NCBI GenBank assembly: GCA_937899865.1
Contig: CALBRH010000030.1
Location: 1-19,277, forward strand
Source: an uncultured euryarchaeote
GTDB taxonomy: Archaea > Thermoplasmatota > Poseidoniia > Poseidoniales > Poseidoniaceae
Reading direction: 5' to 3'
DNA: 19,277 nt
Position numbers and translations under genes: made by a program. Positions 8,143 to 17,161 of the stretch are shown here, one piece after another; position 1 is the first letter of the stretch, and every line of letters starts with the position of its first letter. The notes under the pieces were generated by a model that was given only the letters and a program-made list of their open reading frames with translations, searched no databases and had not been told where the DNA came from.

Positions 8143-9126
8143 TTGATTCCTTTCCATACGAGATTTGACAAACCACAGTCGTTTCGACTTACCATGGCGT
8201 GGGGAATACCAGAGGATTTGGATTTTACGCCAAAGCAAATTCTGCGCTATAATGAGGGATATATTGCAATTGGTGTTGACGGTGATTTGCAAAAAATTAG
8301 TTCAGATGGTAAGTTAGTTGGCATACCCATCAAGCCATTTCCAACACAAATTAGAGACGCTGTAATAATTGATGACACGTTAATTGCAACATGGTTAGAC
8401 CAAGAGTTATTGCTTGCAAGAATGGCAGCATTGGATTTGAAAAATGACTTTTCTGAAGGAGTCAATCGAGGTGATTTGAGAGTTAGAAGAACTATCGATA
8501 AATCTCTTCATCCAGCAGGTAATGATTGGTCTCATGTATTAGATGCTGAACCGATATCACTCAATGCTAATAGTGATTCATTCTCATTTGTTTTATGGAA
8601 AAAAGGTGTTTACAATTTAGCAGTTAATTCGGTGGAAAATTGGCGATCTGCAGAACCAAAGTGGCCTAAATTAGCTAAAATTCCACGTGCTATGGAAACG
8701 ATTGCTACGACATGTGATGATGAAATATACGAAATTTGGTCAAAAGGTGGAGGAGTAATCAGATATGATGTCAAAACTGGAGAAAAAATTAGCCAAGAAG
8801 TTTTACCATTGGATGGATTTCTCAATCAAGTCTACAAGTGTGGCGAACATTATTTGCTACTATTCAATAATTCCAACATTGCTCTATATGAAAATGGCAA
8901 TGTTTTGCTTAATGCTAAACTATCAGGTCCAATCAATTATGCAGAATGGAGTGAAACAGAGCAAGGTTGGCATATAGCTGGTTGGAGAGAATTAGCGTTT
9001 ATTTCTACTGAAAAACAAAATAGAATACAACTAAAGGAATTAGCTGTATTTGTTGATTCACAGAACGGTTTGTATCTGTGTAATGATGGTAAGTGGGATA
9101 TTATTGATGGTACTGAAGAACAGTGA
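8143..9126 (+). CDS. Hypothetical protein, Trp-rich and probably beta-rich
   Basis: 327-aa ORF filling the space between dtdA and rps27ae; no family recognised. The real start may be ATG 8194 (MAWGIPEDL). Confidence 0.7.
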   Translation: MIPFHTRFDKPQSFRLTMAWGIPEDLDFTPKQILRYNEGYIAIGVDGDLQKISSDGKLVGIPIKPFPTQIRDAVIIDDTLIATWLDQELLLARMAALDLKNDFSEGVNRGDLRVRRTIDKSLHPAGNDWSHVLDAEPISLNANSDSFSFVLWKKGVYNLAVNSVENWRSAEPKWPKLAKIPRAMETIATTCDDEIYEIWSKGGGVIRYDVKTGEKISQEVLPLDGFLNQVYKCGEHYLLLFNNSNIALYENGNVLLNAKLSGPINYAEWSETEQGWHIAGWRELAFISTEKQNRIQLKELAVFVDSQNGLYLCNDGKWDIIDGTEEQ

Positions 9127-9306
9127 TTATTCTTCTTTCAACATCTCAGTATATCCGCATCGACCACAAGATTTGCGGTTTGCGTGAACTGCAAGGAAAA
9201 CACCTGGGCCACATGTAGGGCAGAATTCTGCCTTACGCTCTAATTTTCCATCTTCTCCAATTGAATATTTGCTCCACTTTGCTGCAGCGTTTGGTCCGTC
9301 TCCCAT
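9127..9306 (-). CDS. rps27ae: 30S ribosomal protein S27ae (eS31); absent from the supplied ORF track (59 aa)
   Basis: Manual translation: [59 protein letters not shown]. Contains the [26 protein letters not shown] signature; TAATG overlap with the rps24e stop and a GGAGG SD. Confidence 0.95.
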   Translation of the reverse strand: MGDGPNAAAKWSKYSIGEDGKLERKAEFCPTCGPGVFLAVHANRKSCGRCGYTEMLKEE

Positions 9307-9695
9307 TATTCATCGCCTCCTTCTTCAGCAGCCTCTTCTTCAGCAGGTGCTTCTTCCTCAGCAGCCTCTTCTTCAGCAGGTGCTTCTTCCTCTGCAGCTG
9401 CAGGTTTTTCAGCAGTACTACGGAATCCTTCATGACGCTTGTGAATATATTTTGGTTCAACCTTCATTGATTCTTCATCATCATAAATGTAAGCAAGTCC
9501 TGTGGTCAAAGGTTGCCCAAATCTAGTATTACAATCCTTGATAATAATATAATCTGGATTAGATTTTGGTTCAAGTGTCTTAACTAAATCCATTACTTCT
9601 TGACGTGATGGAGTAGCTTTTCCACTATGCCTCCAACTGAATTTAATTTCTACACGGTTCAATAGTTTGTTTTCCATTCTCTCAACAATTTCCAT
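9306..9695 (-). CDS. rps24e: 30S ribosomal protein S24e (eS24) with acidic C-terminal tail
   Basis: [42 protein letters not shown] signature. GAGGTGA SD 5 nt before ATG 9695. Confidence 0.93.
   Translation of the reverse strand: MEIVERMENKLLNRVEIKFSWRHSGKATPSRQEVMDLVKTLEPKSNPDYIIIKDCNTRFGQPLTTGLAYIYDDEESMKVEPKYIHKRHEGFRSTAEKPAAAEEEAPAEEEAAEEEAPAEEEAAEEGGDE
9325..9390. repeat. Two tandem 33-bp repeats encoding ([11 protein letters not shown]) units in the eS24 tail
   Basis: tcagcagcctcttcttcagcaggtgcttcttcc at 9325-9357 and 9358-9390. Confidence 0.85.
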
Positions 9696-9705
9696 ATTTT
9701 TCACC

Positions 9706-9924
9706 TCATCTAATGTTGACTTTTAACGCATACTTACCTGGTCGATCTACATTCAAACGCTTTGCAATCTCTGAACGTTCAGGGTCCATGATAATGACAT
9801 ATCCCTGCCAATCTGTTGTAACTTGAGCAGATGGGCAACGGTTACATTGTGGAATATCATTTTTCTTTTCAGGATCTGGTAGAATAATACTACATTCTGC
9901 ACAGGCAAACGGATTCTTAGCCAT
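9706..9924 (-). CDS. spt4: Transcription elongation factor Spt4 (RpoE'')
   Basis: ACAECSII..CNRC..TTDWQGYVIIMDPERSEIAKRLNV..PGKYALKV. GAGGTGA SD 5 nt upstream of ATG 9924; the 9975 start in the track overlaps rpoE'. Confidence 0.93.
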   Translation of the reverse strand: MAKNPFACAECSIILPDPEKKNDIPQCNRCPSAQVTTDWQGYVIIMDPERSEIAKRLNVDRPGKYALKVNIR

Positions 9925-9934
9925 CATTTTCACC

Positions 9935-10492
9935 TCACTCATTATTATCTTCATCAATCCAAGCATGGCAACCAAGACCTGGTTGCTTACTTGTTAGACC
10001 GATCTTTGACCTTCTTGGATCACTGGTATCTGGAGATAATGAAACTATTCTTGCTCTAATTGAATCACCAATCGAGACTCTGCGGCCAGTTTGCTTTCCT
10101 TCAATCCATCCCATGCCAACATTGGCATCAACTGTGTCATCCATAATCTGAGACTTGTGCAAAAGTGCTTCCATAGGTCCAATTCTCACGAAAGCACCGA
10201 ATTCGTTTACTTCTGAAACTACACCTTCAACCACTTCATAGTCATCCATACAGAACAATACTGCATCAAATCTTACCTTTTGATAAATTGCGCCATCACC
10301 ATGAATGATTCTTCCACGACCGAGTGGTTGGTGGTTACTAGTTACTAAAACAAACCGATTATCATCATCAAAACGACCTTCGAAGGCTGTCATAGACAGT
10401 CTGTCGATGTGCTGGTCGAGTGATTGTCCTTTACGCATATATTCTGCCGGGATACGTATTGTATCCTCTTTGGTGACAATTTTGTACATCAT
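9935..10492 (-). CDS. rpo7: DNA-directed RNA polymerase subunit E' (Rpo7)
   Basis: GRGRIIHGDGAIY..F..EVVEGVVSEVNEFGAFVRIGPMEALLHKSQIMDD..GD.IRARIVSLS..KIGLT.KQPGLG signature. Confidence 0.96.
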   Translation of the reverse strand: MMYKIVTKEDTIRIPAEYMRKGQSLDQHIDRLSMTAFEGRFDDDNRFVLVTSNHQPLGRGRIIHGDGAIYQKVRFDAVLFCMDDYEVVEGVVSEVNEFGAFVRIGPMEALLHKSQIMDDTVDANVGMGWIEGKQTGRRVSIGDSIRARIVSLSPDTSDPRRSKIGLTSKQPGLGCHAWIDEDNNE

Positions 10493-10504
10493 TTCACATC
10501 CTTA

Positions 10505-10582
10505 GACCGATTCAAAGGAACGTGGTGAAGAATAGCATGCTATTCTGTCCTTCACCGGTGTTACCTCGGGATAGAATCGACC
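10505..10582 (-). ncRNA. Candidate structured RNA / 5' leader of the rpoE' operon
   Basis: Four nested helices found by eye: GGUCGAUUC/GAAUCGGUC, AGG(U)AAC/GUUCCU, GGUGAAG/CUUCACC and AAUAG-CAUG-CUAUU. Region is ~52% GC by hand count over 10505-10609, clearly richer than its flanks. Confidence 0.5.
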
Positions 10583-10609
10583 GTAGTCGTTCTGTCCACC
10601 GACGACCCC

Positions 10610-10616
10610 TATTTAA
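10610..10616 (-). promoter_or_regulatory. Probable TATA box (TTAAATA) for the rpoE' operon
   Basis: Consensus-like TTAAATA predicts a start near 10586, just 5' of the structured element. Confidence 0.4.
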
Positions 10617-10733
10617 TGGAAACGGAATTATCTGGTATACATCTATTGGCTGTTTAACAAACATAGCAAATTTGATGCATTAAACATACGAATTGCCATA
10701 AGTCATAACAACCCCTTTGACACACATGATGCT

Positions 10734-13700
10734 ATGTCACCTGCGCATGCCTTGAATATATGGCGTGGAAGAAAGGCATTTGCGTTAGTGATTTTACTGT
10801 TTTTGACGCCATTAACAGGATTTTTCTCAAACGTTCAAAATGATACTTTTGATGATGATGAAGTCATTTCTTACACCTCTTCAAATCCATGGGATTCCAT
10901 AGCACAGCCGTGGGGACAATATTCGAGAGTCCCTACGCACAATGGGACTATGCCGCCTCATGGACCAAATGGTGGACCTGGACAAGATATTGTAGCAAAT
11001 GTTACTGAATTTGGTATAATTGATTCACCCACAGTAAATTGGGTTGCGTTAGATGATCTGGATGGAGCTGATGCTTATGGATCTATTATTGGTGATTTTT
11101 CTGCTAGCATTGTTTCTACTCCTGCTGCAATTGAAAGGTGTGGATATGGAGAATTATTTGCAGTAATTATCTCAAGTGAATCCGGCAGTAGCACTTTAAG
11201 CATAGTTACTGGAGATGATGCAAAGGTAGCATGGGAAGTGGATGTTGGTCAAACGCAGACAATTCGTTCAACACCAATGCTAACTGACATCAACGGAGAT
11301 GACAAGCCTGAAATTATCTTAGTTTACGACACAGATTCATCCTTAGAAATTGATGTTTGGTCACCAGAATTGTCCTGTTCAGAATCAGGTTGGGTTAAAT
11401 CTGGACATGAAAATGAAAAATTATGGTCTTTGAGTGATTCTGATTACTCAATTGGCATCAATAGCCCACACTTTGCGACTTCGCAAAGCAATCATAAATC
11501 AGTCACACAACCACTATTGGCTGATTTAGATTTAGATGGTGATGCTGAATTAGTTGTTGCTGCAGTTGACAGAAATTCAGATAATCCAACTGTAATTGCT
11601 CTATCACTCACTACTTCTACACCTAATGATTTTGATTGGGAAGTTGTACTTGATCGAGGAACTCATCCCTCAGACCCTTCATGGGGTATGTTAGATGATG
11701 ATTCAACTGCAATTGTCCTTACAACTATTGATTCAAACTCAGGTAATATGTGGATTTGGCGAATCGATGGAGCATCTGGTTCTCTTGATTGGGAAAGAGT
11801 TTCATTAGATGGTACAGACTCTGATTCCGATTCTCCACGTCTTCGTTTACCTGGCCCTGTAATTGTTCAATTGGACAATGATGATGCTCCAGAAATGATT
11901 CTAACTATACCTACTGATGCTAACGGAAGAACTCCTGGAAATGGCGCAAGATTTGTAGCAATGGAAATGACATCTACCGATGAAATATTTGAATTCCGCA
12001 CACCTAATGGTTACTCAGATTCGCAACCATTACCAATCGATACAGACGATAATGGCATTCATGACAGATTATGTTGGGTAACATGGTATTCAGAATCAAG
12101 TGTTTCTTTCAATAGAAAGGGTATGGCTGGATGTCATGATATTTCTTCAGATCCACCAATCAAAGAATGGTCTAAAGATATGCAAAGAGGCAGTGGTAAT
12201 GACAATGATGAAATTGGCGTTGCTCCTCCTATTTGGATGGACATAAATGGAGATTCATTTGTAGAACTTATTGTCCCATTTGGCAAACGTCTTTGGGCGT
12301 TTGATGGAGATGACGGCACTTCCTCTGAAGTCTCAGACGGATGGTCATCACCTCTTGGAATGCCACACCGTGTTTGGTCTGCTCCTGCAGTTGCAGATAT
12401 GGATAATGACGGAACATTGGATATATTGATTGGAGATACATTGGTATCTCAAAATGTAGCAGATTTCTCTCCACTTAGTGACAATAGGGGTATTAGTTTC
12501 AACCCTAGCCAACCTGACCCGGGTGAAACTGTTACTGTTACAGGCCAGTTTAGCAATATAGGTACACTTGATAATGAAGATGACCTTGATGTTGTGATTA
12601 AGCAAAATGGTAACGAAATCACTCGACAACGGTTTACAGATGTCGAACCTGTGGCTCCATCAGGCAACGGAGGACCATACACATTTAGTGTAGACATTAC
12701 TGCAGAACTTGGCATTCATAACTTTGAATTAATTCTTGATATCAATGGAAATTTAACTGAAGCAAGGGAAGATAATAACTATGCCCAAATTGATTTGATA
12801 GTTGTTGAACCTTATGAAGCGCAAATTGACATCCCTCCTCAAATTCCAAGAATTGCTCCTGGAACGAGTGAAATTATCTCTGTTTCGTTAGTAGCAACTG
12901 GTTCACGAACAGAAGACTGGACATTTACTTGGGATGACTCAAATCTACCAAGTGGCTGGTCTCTCACGCCAAATACCAATCAGGATACAAATCCAAACCT
13001 AATACCAGGAATATCACAACAGTTTGAGTTTGTAGCTTCAATTCCACAGACGGCATTAGGTGATGACAATTCATATGCGATTCTAACATTAACACTAGAT
13101 AGCGACCCAAGTATATCGTTTGATTCAATATTACCATTGGAAGTTCTTCGTACTAGAGGGTTATCTATAGCTGGGCCAAGCGGATTAGACAATACTGAAG
13201 GATTTGGCAGACCTGGTCATACTGCTACTGCATGGATAATAGTCGAAAATTTAGGCAATGCATATGAAACAACCACTTCAATTGATTGGACTGCGCCATC
13301 TTGGGGTGGTAATCCAACTTTACATGATTCAAGTGGAACAGAAATATTCTCTCTAAATTTAGCACCTAGTGAACAAAAAGAATTGTTTGTAAATCTAAAC
13401 ACACCAATCGGAGTGCAACTCGGTTCAGTGACTTCTACAACTATGACTATGTGTATTGGCAGTGGAGAAGAGACATTGTGTGAAGATTTGTTTGTTAACT
13501 TAACTGCAGCCTCTGTTACTGTGCAAAACATTCATCAAAGAACTCTACCAAATCAATCACTACAATGGACTGTTGAAGGTTTGATCCCTGATGATGGTTT
13601 GATGTCGTGGAACACTGTTTCTGCTAACATGGTACATACAAACTGGGTATGGAGTGTTGATGGAGATTTGTCATTTGATGGAAGTAACATAGAAGCAAGT

Positions 13701-16439
13701 GGCAGTTCAGGAGCACCATTTACTGGAAACATTTACCTGGACTTACCGGTAAATGCTGTACCTCAACGTCATTATTTCACGACTGATTCTGATTCTGATG
13801 ACAATCACAGCCTATACTTCACATTACATGTACTTCAGGTTTATCGAAGTGCATCAACTATTGTTCAGCCTACACAAAATTCTCAAGGTGAGCCAGTTTC
13901 AATGTTTGTTGAGATTACCAATCAAGTATTACTTAGATTAGAAAACCCTGGCAATGGGCAAGATGAATTTTTATTGACAAGTGAAGTAATTGAAGGCCCT
14001 AATATGACTAGTTCCCCTGTTGTTGAATTAATCGAATATAATCCTCAGCGTACTCTTGGCCCACTTGCAAGCACTATCGCTACTGTAGATGTTACTTTAT
14101 CAGAAGACACACCCGCACAAGAACCATTCATTCTAAGATTTAAGTGGCAATCGTTAGGTGGAGAAAATGTTCAATCAGTAGTGGATTTATTAGTTGAAGC
14201 AGAACCTGATCACGGTTGGGATTTGACTTTTGAAGATGGCTTAGAACACAACATTGTACCCTCTGAAACATTAACTTTGAATTATACAGTGAAGAATACA
14301 GGAAATGCAGTTGATAATATCATTGTAAAGCCAATATTTTCGATAAATTATTTTGGTAGCGATTCAAGCATATGGACAGCAGAAAACAATTCATTTGCGG
14401 ATATTGAAGTAAATGGTACAGCTTCCTTAGATTTTTCAATTACTGCACCAAGTGATACATGGAGTGGTACTATTGCAACGGTAATATTTGAATTGTATTC
14501 AGATGAACTTTATGTCAGTAATTTGTCATTAAACCTAACCGTTCAACAAGTTTCTGGCTGGAGACTAAATCTTTCTGAAACTAACCTGATTATCGAGCCA
14601 GATGGGCAAAATCTAACTCTTAATGTTGAACACTTAGGGAATTTAGCTAGACAGCCATGGTACAGCAAAGCAGGTGAAGGATGGAACATATCAGTGCCAC
14701 AAAATGGTGACATTATACAACCGTTTGGCGAATCTACTGTTACCATTTTTGTTACACCGCCGGAAAATTCTGTAGCAGGTGAAGTAGGTGTTCTAAGACT
14801 TAGAGTATCTGATGGGGATGGTTCTGGACAAACTATTCAAGAAGTCCCAGTTAGAGTTGGTACATCACCAAGTATCGAATTATTCGCTAAAGGAAATTGG
14901 TTAGTGAACTCGACAATCGAAAGTATGCCAACTGCATGGGTTGAGAATACAGGTAATGATTTAGCAATACTATCAATTGATGTTACAGGTCTACCTGAGG
15001 GATGGACAGCAAACCATCCTGAAAGTTTGATTATTTCTCCCAACCAAGTGATTGGTCTACCTATTAGTTTGCTTCCTGACCCTTCATGGGATAGTACACC
15101 GATATCTGTCACTATAGAGGTGATTCACCCTATTATTGGTCTACAAACAATTTCAATACCTGTTGAAGCATCAAGTTTTGCCTTTACCTCTTCACCAGTA
15201 ATTTCAGGAGTTGTAGGAGACACAGCAAGCGTCTCGGTAACAAATAATGATGTTGATTTACCAAGTAATGTGCAACTTTCATCCTCAACATTACTAGTTT
15301 CAATACCTAATGGTAAACAAAATCTAACCCTTACATCAAGTGATGGCGTGACTGAATACTACATACATTCAGCAGGTTATTTATTGCCTGAATATTCAGC
15401 AAGTTGTAGTTTTATCTCCGCTGCAATGGATGAACTTGGCATTAAAACCATCAATGACAAAATAGGTACATGTACATTAGTTGCAACAAGTGATGACAGT
15501 TTTTCTGGAACCGTAGTGCTACTCACCAACGATGGCAACAATGTTGCGCTTGAACAAAATCAATTTTCAGTTTCTAAAGGTGGCAGTTTATCACTTGACA
15601 TTAACACAACTAATTGGAAACCAGATGCTGGAGAACTAACTGTAACTCTAATTGTAATTGACTCATTTGGAAGACAAATTACAGAAAGAAGTACTGAAGT
15701 AATATCTAGAGCAAGTGGTTGGAATATTGGAATTCAAGAAATTACAGCAGAACAAGACATTAGAATCTCAATTATTCGTACTTCATACGAGAGGTTAGCC
15801 GGTGTAACATGCTTGATTTCACTAGATTCACCAGATAACGATTGGAGTGAAACTATCATTATCGACATAAATGGATTCGATTTTGCACCTATTATTGAAA
15901 TTGATGACCCTGGTGTATTTGACAATGATGATTTAATTCGAGCTGAATTAAAATGTGCTTCACCCTATGACATCGATGATGTTTTAGATGACGATACGGC
16001 GCAAGTTTACTACAAATCTGCAAAATCTGAAATTATTGATAGTTCCCAAATGATCTATGGCATAATGACAACAATAATTGTCATTGCAATAGCTTATTTC
16101 GCTGGACTACTAACACCAAATGCAACTAGAAAGCAAAGGCCTCAGAAAACTAATCAAAACAAAGAACCTGTGGTTGAAACAGAACAATCTGAAGACATTC
16201 AAGAAACACCTGAACAGGAGTTAGATGATTTCAGTATTGAAATTGAAGAAGATGGTTTGGAAAAAGAGGTCATTGAAATTCAAGAGGAAGAAGATATAGA
16301 AGATTCTCAAACTAATTTGATTGATGAATCTTCTGCATCAGGAAGACTTGCATCTCTAAGGGATGAAATGATGTCTGATGATAAGCCTGTAGATTCTAGA
16401 CCGATTACTGATAGAATGGCTGATTTCTTCAAAGACTGA
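10734..16439 (+). CDS. Giant (1901 aa) acidic cell-surface protein: signal peptide, FG-GAP-like Ca-binding propeller, CARDB domain, serial Ig-like (NEW3/COG1470-like) domains, C-terminal TM and acidic tail
   Basis: N-terminal RRGRK+hydrophobic helix. Repeats DINGDDKPE, DLDLDGDAE, QLDNDDAPE, DTDDNGIHD, DINGDSFVE and DMDNDGTLD. CARDB-like FNPSQPDPGETVTV..SNIG..EAREDNN. Repeated ENLGN/ENPGNG/KNTGN/EHLGN/ENTGN strands. TM YGIMTTIIVIAIAYFAGLL. Confidence 0.9.
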   Translation: MSPAHALNIWRGRKAFALVILLFLTPLTGFFSNVQNDTFDDDEVISYTSSNPWDSIAQPWGQYSRVPTHNGTMPPHGPNGGPGQDIVANVTEFGIIDSPTVNWVALDDLDGADAYGSIIGDFSASIVSTPAAIERCGYGELFAVIISSESGSSTLSIVTGDDAKVAWEVDVGQTQTIRSTPMLTDINGDDKPEIILVYDTDSSLEIDVWSPELSCSESGWVKSGHENEKLWSLSDSDYSIGINSPHFATSQSNHKSVTQPLLADLDLDGDAELVVAAVDRNSDNPTVIALSLTTSTPNDFDWEVVLDRGTHPSDPSWGMLDDDSTAIVLTTIDSNSGNMWIWRIDGASGSLDWERVSLDGTDSDSDSPRLRLPGPVIVQLDNDDAPEMILTIPTDANGRTPGNGARFVAMEMTSTDEIFEFRTPNGYSDSQPLPIDTDDNGIHDRLCWVTWYSESSVSFNRKGMAGCHDISSDPPIKEWSKDMQRGSGNDNDEIGVAPPIWMDINGDSFVELIVPFGKRLWAFDGDDGTSSEVSDGWSSPLGMPHRVWSAPAVADMDNDGTLDILIGDTLVSQNVADFSPLSDNRGISFNPSQPDPGETVTVTGQFSNIGTLDNEDDLDVVIKQNGNEITRQRFTDVEPVAPSGNGGPYTFSVDITAELGIHNFELILDINGNLTEAREDNNYAQIDLIVVEPYEAQIDIPPQIPRIAPGTSEIISVSLVATGSRTEDWTFTWDDSNLPSGWSLTPNTNQDTNPNLIPGISQQFEFVASIPQTALGDDNSYAILTLTLDSDPSISFDSILPLEVLRTRGLSIAGPSGLDNTEGFGRPGHTATAWIIVENLGNAYETTTSIDWTAPSWGGNPTLHDSSGTEIFSLNLAPSEQKELFVNLNTPIGVQLGSVTSTTMTMCIGSGEETLCEDLFVNLTAASVTVQNIHQRTLPNQSLQWTVEGLIPDDGLMSWNTVSANMVHTNWVWSVDGDLSFDGSNIEASGSSGAPFTGNIYLDLPVNAVPQRHYFTTDSDSDDNHSLYFTLHVLQVYRSASTIVQPTQNSQGEPVSMFVEITNQVLLRLENPGNGQDEFLLTSEVIEGPNMTSSPVVELIEYNPQRTLGPLASTIATVDVTLSEDTPAQEPFILRFKWQSLGGENVQSVVDLLVEAEPDHGWDLTFEDGLEHNIVPSETLTLNYTVKNTGNAVDNIIVKPIFSINYFGSDSSIWTAENNSFADIEVNGTASLDFSITAPSDTWSGTIATVIFELYSDELYVSNLSLNLTVQQVSGWRLNLSETNLIIEPDGQNLTLNVEHLGNLARQPWYSKAGEGWNISVPQNGDIIQPFGESTVTIFVTPPENSVAGEVGVLRLRVSDGDGSGQTIQEVPVRVGTSPSIELFAKGNWLVNSTIESMPTAWVENTGNDLAILSIDVTGLPEGWTANHPESLIISPNQVIGLPISLLPDPSWDSTPISVTIEVIHPIIGLQTISIPVEASSFAFTSSPVISGVVGDTASVSVTNNDVDLPSNVQLSSSTLLVSIPNGKQNLTLTSSDGVTEYYIHSAGYLLPEYSASCSFISAAMDELGIKTINDKIGTCTLVATSDDSFSGTVVLLTNDGNNVALEQNQFSVSKGGSLSLDINTTNWKPDAGELTVTLIVIDSFGRQITERSTEVISRASGWNIGIQEITAEQDIRISIIRTSYERLAGVTCLISLDSPDNDWSETIIIDINGFDFAPIIEIDDPGVFDNDDLIRAELKCASPYDIDDVLDDDTAQVYYKSAKSEIIDSSQMIYGIMTTIIVIAIAYFAGLLTPNATRKQRPQKTNQNKEPVVETEQSEDIQETPEQELDDFSIEIEEDGLEKEVIEIQEEEDIEDSQTNLIDESSASGRLASLRDEMMSDDKPVDSRPITDRMADFFKD

Positions 16440-16477
16440 TTACAAGGTATTAATTCACTTGGCCTTCTGCCATCATC

Positions 16478-17161
16478 ATGGACCTAGACCAAGTTGGTGG
16501 AACTACCTCTGCATTCTACACACTTCATTCATGTGATGCTGATATTGCACTGGATATTTCTAACATACTTCATCAAGATGGAGAAACAAAAAATGAATCT
16601 TGGAAAGCACTTTTAGCAGACAATCCTACTCTAAAGCAACGTCTAATTGATCAAGGAATGAGTGAGTCAAGTACTTTTGAAGAAATATCATGGGACGATT
16701 CAATGTTGCTTTTTTTGTGTTCAATAAATATAGATGATGAAGGCAAACCCTTGACTATTGGTGAAAGTTTGAGGCGTGAAAAATTTGGTCGTTTCCCATT
16801 TGGCAACGGTTCTCTAATTAGTTATCTAATTGAATTCTTACGTCCTAACTCAGAAGTCAAAGGTGCTAATCAAATATTTTCACGCATTATTGAATTGCTG
16901 AGTAAATTATCATCATTTAATAATCTAGATGATTACAGTGAGGCGAGATTTACTGGTGGTAAAGGAGGCATGAATATTTTGGGATTTTTAAGTTTGGAAG
17001 AGGTTACTGAAATTAGAAAACTGCTCTCAGGTAGAAACTGGTCTGTCGCCTCAGATGAACCACTTGATGGCGGGGTTAGAGACGCTATCAAGCATTTCTT
17101 AGCAATGTTAAAAGCTGCAGAAAGAATTGATTCTGGCATTATGCACAGAGAACATTTGTAA
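16478..17161 (+). CDS. Hypothetical soluble protein
   Basis: 227-aa ORF with ordinary composition; TATTAAT ~25-30 nt upstream suggests its own near-leaderless promoter. No family recognised. Confidence 0.75.
   Translation: MDLDQVGGTTSAFYTLHSCDADIALDISNILHQDGETKNESWKALLADNPTLKQRLIDQGMSESSTFEEISWDDSMLLFLCSINIDDEGKPLTIGESLRREKFGRFPFGNGSLISYLIEFLRPNSEVKGANQIFSRIIELLSKLSSFNNLDDYSEARFTGGKGGMNILGFLSLEEVTEIRKLLSGRNWSVASDEPLDGGVRDAIKHFLAMLKAAERIDSGIMHREHL

Noticed and set aside
9321-9400. Short tandem repeat considered as CRISPR-like or VNTR element
   Set aside because: No unique spacers, only two full units, in frame within a coding tail; no cas genes in the window.
9233-9526. Overlapping ORFs with repeats such as [13 protein letters not shown] and [10 protein letters not shown]
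   Set aside because: Alternative-frame or antisense readings of the eS24 acidic-tail tandem repeat.
9925-9975. Longer Spt4 start at 9975
   Set aside because: Overlaps the rpoE' 3' end; the GAGGTGA SD and family alignment point to 9924/9927.
10734-16439. Giant protein as diversity-generating retroelement target or intein host
   Set aside because: No reverse transcriptase, no template/variable repeat pair and no intein terminal or LAGLIDADG motifs seen.
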